Below are positions 55,332 to 64,000 of a DNA stretch of 64,000 nucleotides, piece by piece (the first letter of the stretch is position 1; the number at the start of each line of letters is the position of its first letter). The DNA is from an uncultured Alphaproteobacteria bacterium (lineage in GTDB: Bacteria; Pseudomonadota; Alphaproteobacteria; Micropepsales; Micropepsaceae). The stretch is taken from NCBI GenBank assembly GCA_963830095.1, contig CAWHLV010000106.1, positions 9,672-73,671 on the forward strand, given 5' to 3'. The notes below the pieces were generated by a model. It was not told where the DNA came from. It ran no database searches and worked only from the letters and a program-made list of their open reading frames with translations. The position numbers were made by a program, and so were the translations under genes.

Positions 55332-55703
55332 CTATCCGATTCTTTTCAATCTGAGCGCCGACCAGTCCTCGTCAATCGCGATCTGGCTGACCGTGTCCAG
55401 CCCATATTTGGGCGCGCGCTTGTGGATCACGTCGCGGCTGAGATCTCCCGCCAGCTTTGAGGTCAGCTTGGGATAGGCCACCCACAGGATCGCCGTCTTC
55501 GCCATCGTCTTCAGTACATCCGGCACTTTGGCGTCGAATGCGGCGCGGTCGGGCACAAACAGGAGCACGACATCAGCCTCGCTGGCCCCAGCGCGCGCCT
55601 TCTTCGCGCCGACCAGTCTGTCCAGCGCAGGCGTGGCGCCGATCACCGCCAGGCGGCGCTCGCCCTTGACCTGCAGACGTTCGGCAATGGGTTTGTCGGA
55701 CAT
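55332..55703 (-). CDS. Hypothetical protein (DUF3052-like)
   Basis: ADVVLLFV, ILWVAYPK..SK...DLSRD, AIDEDWSALR. Confidence 0.65.
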   Translation of the reverse strand: MSDKPIAERLQVKGERRLAVIGATPALDRLVGAKKARAGASEADVVLLFVPDRAAFDAKVPDVLKTMAKTAILWVAYPKLTSKLAGDLSRDVIHKRAPKYGLDTVSQIAIDEDWSALRLKRIG

Positions 55704-55737
55704 GGTCCGAAATCCAAACGGAAATGCGCGCGACTGT

Positions 55738-57000
55738 CTAGCCCGGACGCGTTTCGGGCGCAGCCAGAAACACCGGCAGCACACAGATCCCCACCACCGC
55801 GATCATCACCCCCGGCATCACCGGCCAGCCGGTGCGTTCCACCAGCAGCTGCGCCAGCCAGGGCGTCAGCCCGCCAAAGATCGCCGTGGCCGTGGTGGTG
55901 CCCAGCGCCAGACCGCTGAGGCGGCCTTCGCCGGGAAACTGCTCCGCCGTCGCCACCGCGCCCACCGCACTGACCCCGCCGGCGACAGCAGCGAGGAGGA
56001 CGGCGCCCAGCAGCGCGCGCGCACCCGACCCGCTGGCCATCAGCGAGAACATGGTGACCGGCAACACGGCGCTGGCAAGGCAGAGCACCAGCAGCACGGG
56101 CTTCCTGCCCCAGCGGTCGGTCATCAGGCCGGCCAGCGGCGTCACCAGGATGACAACCAGCGCGGGCAGCACCGACAACCACAGCGACGTGCTTTCCGAC
56201 AGCGCGCCAGCAGAAGTGAGGAAGGCCGGAACATAGGTGATGCCCACATAATAGGTGATGGAGCCCAGCGCCGAGATGGCGAAGGAACGCCAAACCCCTT
56301 TGGCATGATTGGCGAGCGTGTAACGCAAGGGCCGGTCCGGCCTGGTGCCCATGGCGCGCTGGCGCTCGAAATCCGGCGACTCATGCATATGTGCGCGCGC
56401 AAACCACACCCCGGCCGCCAGCACGGCACCCGCCAGGAAGGGAATGCGCCAGCCCCAATCATCCAGTGCGGCGGGCTGAAGAAAATGCACGGTCAGGGCG
56501 GAAAGGCCAACCGCCAGCAGGCCACCAACCTCGCTGGCCGCCGAGGCTGATGAGGTGATCAGACCGCGCCGGTGGACATGCGCGCCTTCCAGCAGATAAG
56601 CGACCACGCCGGTATATTCGCCGCCCACCGAGAAGCCGATCACACAGCGCATCAACAACAGCAGCCATCCGGCGGCAGGCCCGATCGCAGCATAGGTGGG
56701 CAGCAGGCCGGTGGCCAGCATGGCGATGGTCACCATCGCCATGGACGACAGCATCATGCGGCGGCGGCCAAAGCGGTCGCCGATCTGGCCAAAGGCGATC
56801 GCCCCCAGCGGCCGCAGCAGATAGGCCAGCGCGAAGCCGGCCAGGGTGACGATCAGCGAACCTTGCGCGCCGCCGAAGAACACCCGCGACAGCACGGTGG
56901 CGAGATAGAGATAGAGCGTGAAATCGTACCATTCGACCACGGTCGAGACGGCCGCAATGACCATGGAGGCGCGGGAGATGGCGTGGCCTTCCCGTGTCAC
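55738..57000 (-). CDS. MFS transporter (metabolite:H+ symporter, ProP-like)
   Basis: VEWYDF, RPLGAIAFGQIGDRFGRR, GFSVGGEY, WGWRIPF. Confidence 0.9.
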   Translation of the reverse strand: MTREGHAISRASMVIAAVSTVVEWYDFTLYLYLATVLSRVFFGGAQGSLIVTLAGFALAYLLRPLGAIAFGQIGDRFGRRRMMLSSMAMVTIAMLATGLLPTYAAIGPAAGWLLLLMRCVIGFSVGGEYTGVVAYLLEGAHVHRRGLITSSASAASEVGGLLAVGLSALTVHFLQPAALDDWGWRIPFLAGAVLAAGVWFARAHMHESPDFERQRAMGTRPDRPLRYTLANHAKGVWRSFAISALGSITYYVGITYVPAFLTSAGALSESTSLWLSVLPALVVILVTPLAGLMTDRWGRKPVLLVLCLASAVLPVTMFSLMASGSGARALLGAVLLAAVAGGVSAVGAVATAEQFPGEGRLSGLALGTTTATAIFGGLTPWLAQLLVERTGWPVMPGVMIAVVGICVLPVFLAAPETRPG

Positions 57001-57402
57001 ACAGCACCCGCGCGCGGCTGCAATCAGGTCCCAGCGATTGCCATAGAGATCGGCAAATACCGCGACCGTGCCGTAGTCGGCCACCGCAGGTTCGCGCACA
57101 AACACGATGCCTTTATCCACCATCGCCCGATAGTCGCGCCAAAAATCGTCGGTCTGCAGAAACAGGAAGACCCGCCCGCCGGCCTGGTTGCCGATCAGGG
57201 CTTCCTGCTCAGGTGTCGCGGCGCGCGCCAGCAGGATCGCGCACGCGCCGTGCGATGCACCCGGCGGGGCGACCAGCACCCATCTCTTGCCTTCCTGGGG
57301 CCAGTCTTCCCGCAAGCGGAATCCCAGCTTGCCGACAAAAAAGGCTATCGCCTCGTCATAGTCGCGAACGATGAGTACGATGTGCGCGATGGATTGTTGC
57401 AT
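56997..57402 (-). CDS. VOC (glyoxalase) family protein
   Basis: VRDYDEAIAFF, KRWVLVAPPG, GNQAGGRVFLFL, YGTVAVFADLYGNRWDL. Confidence 0.9.
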
Positions 57403-57479
57403 GACGGCGCCAGTTGATGTGATCCGCTGGACCAAATCAACCGGTGCCCCGTTACCGGCGCACGACCAACTTTAGAAAC

Positions 57480-58133
57480 CTATGCCTCGCGGGATGCGGC
57501 GGTGAAAACCGCCAACTGGGCGTCGAAGGCGCGTTTGAAGGCGGGACGGGCTTCGCCGCGGGCGACATAGGCCGCGAGGTTCGGAAATTCGTTCAGCAAG
57601 CCCGAACTGCCTAACCGGCGCAGCACACCGATCATCATCAGGTCGCTGGCGCTAAATCCGCCATCGAGCCAGTCGGCATCGCCCAAGCGGGCGGAGAGTT
57701 GCCGCAACTGGCCGCGGACGCGATCCTGGACCAGAGGAAGACGCTCCTGGCTCCAGGGCTTGTCGCGCTCAAGAAGCCTGATGGTGGCCAGTTCCAGGAT
57801 CACCGGCTCGACGGTGCTGAGCGCGGCAAACATCCAGGTGATGGCGCGGGCGCGGGCGTTCGCATCCGTTGGCAGCAGGCCGCCATGGGTTTCGGCGATA
57901 TGGAACACAATGGCGCCCAACTCGAACAGGGTGAGATCACCTTCTTCATAGGTCGGAATTTGCCCGAAGGGGTGCCGTGCGCGATGCGCCGGCTCTTTCA
58001 TGTCGGTAAATGAAACAAGGCGCACATCGTAAGGCTGGCCAACTTCTTCCAGCGCCCAGCGAACCTGCATGTCGCGCGCCAGCCCCCTGCCGCGATCGGG
58101 CGACTGCGCAAAGGCGGTAATGGTGCGACGCAT
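57480..58133 (-). CDS. Glutathione S-transferase family protein
   Basis: GLARDMQVRWALEE, HPFGQIP, FSASDLMM, ARPAFKRA. Confidence 0.9.
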   Translation of the reverse strand: MRRTITAFAQSPDRGRGLARDMQVRWALEEVGQPYDVRLVSFTDMKEPAHRARHPFGQIPTYEEGDLTLFELGAIVFHIAETHGGLLPTDANARARAITWMFAALSTVEPVILELATIRLLERDKPWSQERLPLVQDRVRGQLRQLSARLGDADWLDGGFSASDLMMIGVLRRLGSSGLLNEFPNLAAYVARGEARPAFKRAFDAQLAVFTAASREA

Positions 58134-58162
58134 GGGGAACTCCGGGTTTGTTGCATCCAGAG

Positions 58163-58189
58163 GACGAACGGCAAGCGGGCCTTACGACA
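58163..58189 (-). promoter_or_regulatory. Third ECF42-type promoter (TGTCGT-N17-CGTC) upstream of the GST gene
   Basis: -35 at 58189-58184, -10 at 58166-58163, about 30 nt before the ATG. Confidence 0.65.
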
Positions 58190-58234
58190 CCGGCTGCGAA
58201 ATTTTTCCATTTGTCTGCTGGGCGGGAACGTAGG

Positions 58235-58740
58235 TCAACCGGATCGCGTCCTCGCCGATCCGGTCGCTGGCCACAAGCCGCAGCGGTGGCCGGGGCCGGC
58301 GAAGAATGGCGTGCCCCGACCAAGCACAACGGGTCGCATGTAGAGCCGATATTCATCGATAAGACCGGCCAGGCTGTGCGCCAGCTCGGGCCCGGAAACC
58401 GATATCCGGCCACTGAGGCGATCCTTCAGGCCACGTACCACAGCCTCGACGTCACCCGCGACCAGCGTGGCATTGGGGCCAACAGATTTCAGCATGCGCG
58501 ACACCACCCATTTTGGCATGTTGCGCCAGGCGCGCGCGAAGTCGTGATGATCCGCGCTCCACTCCGGATGGTCTTCGTCCCAGTAGCGCATGACCTCGTA
58601 CATGCGGCGGCCATAGACACTGCCGGTCGAACTACGGACGACTTCGATCCAGTGACGAAAAAGCAGGGCACCGGCGCGAATGCCTGATGGTCGACATAGC
58701 CGTCCAGGGACAGGTTCATTCCGAAGATGAGGTCAGCCAT
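58235..58740 (-). CDS. Dihydrofolate reductase-like protein (frameshifted; 3' end approximate)
   Basis: MADLIFGMNLSLDGYVDH, YGRRMYEVMRYW, PKWVVSR, LIDEYRLY..PVVLGRG. Confidence 0.82.
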
Positions 58741-58761
58741 GTCAGGAAATCCCTCTATCTG

Positions 58762-58861
58762 CCCTCGGCCATAGGCCTCGGGCGTCCGCCTCACCATTTA
58801 GAACCTTGAGCCAAGTTTTCACCACTGCGCTACCCTCGGCCACAGGCCTCGGGCGTTCGCC
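58762..58861. repeat. Two 29-bp direct repeats with internal hairpins (REP-like)
   Basis: CCCTCGGCCA(T/C)AGGCCTCGGGCGT(C/T)CGCC at 58762-58790 and 58833-58861. Confidence 0.7.
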
Positions 58862-59249
58862 CCTCGCATTGATCCACTGGAATCTGAAATGCGTCAGCGC
58901 GCCATTTGGCGCGCTCCGCGGGGCTAACGCCCACTCGATTGCTTTGAGCGATCATAACGCACAGATCTAGCGGAGCAAATTTTCCGGCGCCCCGGCGAGG
59001 AACCGTCTCAGCCGGATTCCCGTCAGAAATTTGCGCTCCTGATTTCAAAGGGGAATTTCGATGATCCGCGATTTGCTCGGTTCCCGCGACTATCGGCAGC
59101 GATCGGTCGAATTTTCTTCTGATAGCGGCCAGCCGATCGAGACCAACAAGCTCCAAAAAGACCGTCAACGCCTCTGCCCCGACCGCGCAGTCGGAGAGTG
59201 GTCACCGATCCGGCGACTGTGCCAATCATCATTCAATTGCTGCCGCCGA

Positions 59250-61744
59250 TCACGCCATCTTGCCCCGCAAGCTGTCCGCGAGCGCGGAAAGCGCATCGGC
59301 AAGTTGTCTCGCGGTTTCCGGCGGCGGCAGCGGCATTTTGAGGTTTTGCGCGCCGGTCGCCGGATCGCGCTCGATCCATGGATGCGCCGGAGCGCTGGGA
59401 TCGTTGGCGGCCGCCAGAGCGGCAACGAACTGCGCGCCGACCTGCGCCAGGGCTTGCCACGGATCGGACCTGCATCGCGCGGCGGCGCGCCGGCCCCATC
59501 GGCTTGCGCATCGCCGTCTCGCCGGCGCCGATCGTTCGCATCCGCATTTGTATCTTCCGCGGATCCGGCGTCATCGGCCGTGACGATATTCCCCACTTCC
59601 TCGGCCGGCGTCACGGCCTCGCCCTCGCCCATACGGCCGGTGACGTTTTCCACATCCTTCATGAAGCGGTTGAGCCGCGAGCCGCCGAGCGAAATCTCGC
59701 CGCTGCCGCCGTCGAGAATTCCCGCCGACAGGGAGCGCTTGAACGCCAGCACCGAAAGCATGCCCTCCTCGATGGTGCCCTTCGCCACGAAATTGATGAC
59801 CTGCACCGGCCGTTTCTGGCCCATGCGATGAATGCGCGCGATGCGCTGTTCGAGGATCGCCGGGTTCCACGGCAGGTCCATGTTCACCAGGGTCGAAGCA
59901 TGCTGCAGATTGAGGCCCGTGCTGCCGGCATCGGTCGACAGGAACACGCGGCAGGCGGGGTCGTCGCGAAACCGCTCGACCAGCGCCGGCCGCTTGTCCG
60001 ACGGCACGCCGCCGTGGAAGCTGACATAGCCGCAGCCCACGCGCTTCGAGGCGGCGGATGACGATGTCGTGGGTCCGCGTCCATTGCGAAAACACCACCG
60101 CCTTGGCCTCGGGCTCGGCGAACAAATCGTCGAACAGCGCCGCCAATTCGTCGGCCTTGACGCCATGATCGGTTTCCTGGTCGAGCAGATAGGTGCTGTT
60201 GCACGACATGCGCATGTTCTGCAGGGCGCAGGTCAGCCGCCGCTGATCCTTATCCGACAGGAACCTGGTCTTGCGCCAGCGCTGGACGATTTTCGCCACC
60301 ACGTCGGCGTTTTCCTGGTGATAGACGCATCTGCATCTCGGTCATCGGCACCAGCAGGTTCTGGTCGGTCCGGCTGGGCAGTTGCCGCAGCACCTCGGAT
60401 TTGCGCCGGCGGATCATGATCGGCGCCAGCGTCTGGCCGATCTTCTCCAGCCCGGTATAGCCGGTGACGCGGCCCGGCTTCGTCCTTGACCTGATGCTCG
60501 TGCAGCAGCTTCCAGGTCGGCCCCAGCCGGTGCTGATCGACGAACTGGACGATGGAGATCAGTTCTTCCAGCTTGTTTTCCAGCGGCGTCCCGGTCAGCA
60601 CGATCGCGTAGGGGCTATCGATGCGTTTCAGGGCGCGCGCCGCGATGGTGTTCCAGTTTTTCACCCGTTGCGCCTCGTCGACGATCACCAGTTCGGGCGC
60701 CCAGGCGGCGATCAGGTCGAGATCGGGCTTGAGCTTCTCGTAGTTCGTGATCTTGCAGAAATCGTCCAGGGCGTAGTCCTTCTGCCGCTGCGCCCGGCCG
60801 CCGTTGATGACGCGCGCCGCGTCTTCGCCCTGTCGGCCCGAGAAACGCGTGATCTCGCTTTGCCACTGGTATTTGAGCGAGGTCGGGCAGATCACCAGCA
60901 CTTTCGAGACGCCGAAATGCCGCGCCAGAATTTCCGTCGCGGCGATCGCCTGGATGGTCTTGCCCAGCCCCATGTCGTCGCCGATCAGGGCCCGGCCGGC
61001 CCGCACCGCGAACAGCGCGCCCTCGGCCTGATAGGGATAGAGCGGCGCCTTCAGAAGCGCCAGCAGCTTGGGATCGGCGGCGCCGCGCGGGAACAGCTGC
61101 GCGAGCTTTGCCGCCCGCCGTTCCGCATCCCGCCGTCCCGCGATGAAATCGAGCGCGTCGTCGTAGGCGCGCAATTCGTGACCGGACTTCGACGCCATGG
61201 CCATGAAATGCTCGAGCTCGCCAAAGCGCTCCTCCGGCAGCATCCCGTTGTGCTCGGCGTCGAACAAACCGGCGGCGGCCTCCCTCAGCGCCGGCGGGCA
61301 ATCCGTTCCGGCGCGAAAATGCACGCTGCGCTTGCCGTCATTGCGCAGATACAGCTCGGAAAACGCCGGCTGGTAGCCGCGCGCAAACGCCGTCTTGGCG
61401 CCGCGCTTTTTCTCCAGCCGGGCGAGCGTGAATTCGATGTGCTTGCAGGTGCCCAGTTCGCTGGTGGCGTAATCGGGGCAGGAACAGAAATTGCCGCCCG
61501 GCCCCAGGCCCCGAATCGCCACGCGGTAGCTGGATTTCGAAACGGGATTGCTGACTCGGAACTCGGAGAAGAACGGTTCGCTGCCGAGATTTTCAAGCCC
61601 GAATGCCTGCTCGCGGCCGAACTGGCGGCGCAAGCCGCGTTGCCACTCCACCGGCGAAAGATCGGCGGGCGCATGGGTGCGCGAGAGCTTGGGTTCCTTG
61701 TTCGGCTTGGCCGTGGAATTCTGGTTTCGGCGCTTTGATCTCAT
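59250..61744 (-). CDS. SWIM zinc finger + SNF2-family helicase (frameshifted)
   Basis: CSCPDY...TCKH (SWIM), DDMGLGKT, DEAQRVKN, LTGTPLEN, STDAGSTGLNLQ, PWNPAILEQRIARIHRMGQ. Confidence 0.9.
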
Positions 61745-61906
61745 CGAAATAGATTCCGTTCAGAAAAAATTTCCCGCGAGACATTCATCCGCATCCTATG
61801 TCCCCCGCGCTGGCGCTACGTCCATTTCGCAGCAACGCCAAGTGACCAATGTCCACGAAATCGATGATCGGCATATCAGGCTCTCACGAGGGCCGAACTG
61901 CGGTCT

Positions 61907-62938
61907 TCATGGATTAGGCTCTCCAGGTGGTCGCCGTCCTCGTCTCACACGTGGCACCAGCGACTTGTCCCCGGATTTCCAAGCCTTGACGTTCTGCACC
62001 TTCCATCGCAACGCCGGACAGGCTTCTATCGCGGCGCGCACGAATTCCGGAACGCCCATAGGGGACGCATCGATCTCGCCTCGCTCAAGCACGCCATCCA
62101 GAAACGCTCTCTCGCCTACCGTGAACTGAAACAGCGGTGCAAGCTTCTCCCGGCATTCGGCCGTGACGCTTTCGATCCAGGATGCCGGGCCGCCGAAGGC
62201 ATCGAAATACCGATCATGCAGGCACATGTTCAGCTTCCCGGTGATGTCGCCGACCTGGCACCCGATCGCTTCCGGCGATGCTGTCCGCCAGTCGAAGCTC
62301 TTGGCGCTCGCGCCGATCATCAGGGTGGCCACCTTGATCTTCGCCCAGTCGAGAGACGGCATGGCGATGATCCGGTGCGCATCGAACAGATCGCGTGCGG
62401 CGCGCCGCGTGACCAGCGCGACCATCTTACCGGCGACGATCTCGTGGATGTCGAGAACCGGCACGTTCATGGCTCGGTACGATCCGATTGCTGCCGACGG
62501 CATGCGATCCACGCCGTAAAGGGGACCGCGGTAGAGATAGTTGATGTCGATCTCGATGGTTCCCGCGCCGCCGAGCGCGGAGGCATAGCGATAGATCCAT
62601 TTGCCCCCCGCAAGTTCCGACGGCTCGCGCCGCGCGGCATAGCCTTTCAATTCCATCAGCCGCGCGATCCGGTCCTCCAGGCTTGGGCGGTCCGCATCCA
62701 TCCGCTCCTTCTCGATTGCGCCGACATAGTTGACGTCGATATCGACCGAGAGGCGATCCAGATCGGAATGGAAAACGTTGAGCGCCGTACCACCCTTCAA
62801 GGCGATCCGCGGCCCGATCAGCGTGTCGGCGCCGAACGCGTCGAGTATGTCGATCAGCCGGATCACGCGCTCCAGCGTCGCAGGTTGAAGCTGCCGCTCG
62901 GCCGCTAGGTCCTGAAGCGTTTCTCGCGAAGCGACCAT
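61907..62938 (-). CDS. Type IV TA toxin, AbiEii nucleotidyltransferase
   Basis: ALKGGTALN...RLSVDID, EIVAGKMVAL..RRAARDLFD. Confidence 0.92.
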   Translation of the reverse strand: MVASRETLQDLAAERQLQPATLERVIRLIDILDAFGADTLIGPRIALKGGTALNVFHSDLDRLSVDIDVNYVGAIEKERMDADRPSLEDRIARLMELKGYAARREPSELAGGKWIYRYASALGGAGTIEIDINYLYRGPLYGVDRMPSAAIGSYRAMNVPVLDIHEIVAGKMVALVTRRAARDLFDAHRIIAMPSLDWAKIKVATLMIGASAKSFDWRTASPEAIGCQVGDITGKLNMCLHDRYFDAFGGPASWIESVTAECREKLAPLFQFTVGERAFLDGVLERGEIDASPMGVPEFVRAAIEACPALRWKVQNVKAWKSGDKSLVPRVRRGRRPPGEPNP

Positions 62939-63750
62939 CAGACGCCCTCAAAAGCGGCGTCGACAGCCTGCGGCGGCAGAAGCACGCGCCACGGCTCAAC
63001 AAGCACAGCACGACCGGGTTCGGCGCCCAACGCATAATGCTTCGAGCGGGGGAGCCGTGCTCGCAGGCGTGCCAGAACGTCATCGGTGATGCCAAGCGCG
63101 CTGCGCCGCTTTTCGAGCCACCAGCCGGAAACGGAGGCGATCGACCGGTTGTCCAAAAGCTCGACATAGTCGGCGACCTTCGCCGGGTCGAGATAGCGCA
63201 CCAGATCCAGCGATTTGAGGACTTCCTCGGCGCCGCCCGCGAGTTCCGGGCGGTGCAGGATGTCGACGACGGTGCGTTCGACCGCCGTCACACGGACCGC
63301 CACCCCCTGCCGATCCATGGTCATGGTCAGGTAGTCAGCCTTGCCGGCCGTCACCAACGCCTTCGGCGGGGTGACGAAGCGGCAGGCGCCGAAGGGCAGG
63401 TCCACCAGTTCTGTCCGTCCGGCGCTGATGAGCTGGACCTCGTTGAACTCGGAATAGGCTATGCCATGCAGCTCAAGCGCGGAGTGAAACCCGAGCACGC
63501 CGTCGGAGCGTAGCTTGCTCGCCGCGGCGAAGCGGTCGATCACCATCCGCTCCGCCGCCAGATGGGCCGGTACGGCGGCGAACACCTCGCGACTGACACG
63601 CTTGATGTTGCCGGCGCGCAGATGGTGCCGGAGCAGACTGGTGACATTGGCTGCGCTCGCCGGATGGCCGAAGGCCGCCGCAAACTCGGCCCTGGTGAAG
63701 ACCGGGTGAGCCGACAGGAAGCTGGCGGTCTTGTGCTGGCGAGGCTGCAT
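62938..63750 (-). CDS. Type IV TA antitoxin, AbiEi-like (N-terminal wHTH)
   Basis: PVFTRAEF, IKRVSREVFA, LGFHSALELHG, VTAVERTVVD..RPELAGG.EEV; stop overlaps the toxin start. Confidence 0.88.
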   Translation of the reverse strand: MQPRQHKTASFLSAHPVFTRAEFAAAFGHPASAANVTSLLRHHLRAGNIKRVSREVFAAVPAHLAAERMVIDRFAAASKLRSDGVLGFHSALELHGIAYSEFNEVQLISAGRTELVDLPFGACRFVTPPKALVTAGKADYLTMTMDRQGVAVRVTAVERTVVDILHRPELAGGAEEVLKSLDLVRYLDPAKVADYVELLDNRSIASVSGWWLEKRRSALGITDDVLARLRARLPRSKHYALGAEPGRAVLVEPWRVLLPPQAVDAAFEGV

Positions 63751-63766
63751 GGAGAGTCCATAGTTC

Positions 63767-63804
63767 TGCGTCAGAATGGGCAATTAATTGCCCATTTTGA
63801 CGCA
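63767..63804. promoter_or_regulatory. 38-bp near-perfect palindrome, probable AbiEi operator
   Basis: TGCGTCAGAATGGGCAATT/AATTGCCCATTTTGACGCA (1 mismatch); TTGACA on the minus strand at 63814-63809. Confidence 0.8.
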
Positions 63805-64000
63805 TATTTGTCAACTATTTCGTCTCCGAAAAACAGGCCCAGCGGTCGCCGACGGTCGTGAAAAGCGTGCCAAACAGGCGATACATTACCGCAAGTTACT
63901 TCCAGTATCGTTGGTAGGCATCAATTTTTGCGGTGATCGACATGAGAACTTATACGGTTCAGGCAGATCAAAATAAAATCATGCGAGCTATCAGACGCAT

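Noticed and set aside
55738-57435. Apparent VOC-MFS fusion (565 aa)
   Set aside because: Removing one base near 57020 gives ...WDLIQPRAGAV* ending in a GTGA stop/start overlap at 57000-56997, i.e. two normal coupled genes
58762-58861. Mini CRISPR array
   Set aside because: Only two repeats, no AT-rich leader and no cas genes in the window
58990-59060. Possible tRNA fragment or att site at the island border
   Set aside because: No T-loop GTTCGA or cloverleaf could be built on either strand

Overview
GC-rich alphaproteobacterial chromosomal segment (Caulobacter/Rhizomicrobium-like gene content; taxon is inference). Many genes, including essential ones (fabF, fabD, der, purF), carry 1-bp indels, densest at ~23.5-32.6 kb. 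These look like uncorrected long-read errors, so several CDS ends are approximate. Core blocks: fabD-fabG-acpP-fabF, rpsF-rpsR-rplI, panB-yfgM-bamB-der, and dnaB-alr-mlaE-mlaF-radA-cvpA-purF. Accessory content: tandem MFS genes, a secreted His-rich peptide, two 2OG-Fe(II) oxygenases, a BlaI/M56 signalling operon with visible operators, and cobalamin-riboswitch-controlled metE. Also present: a 3019-bp IS1595-family passenger-carrying element splitting a DUF72 gene (8-bp TSD), an ECF42-type sigma factor with three matching promoters, and a SRAP/2H-phosphoesterase/OsmC cluster. The right end holds a type IV TA pair (AbiEi/AbiEii) followed by a SWIM-SNF2 helicase, a candidate defence module.
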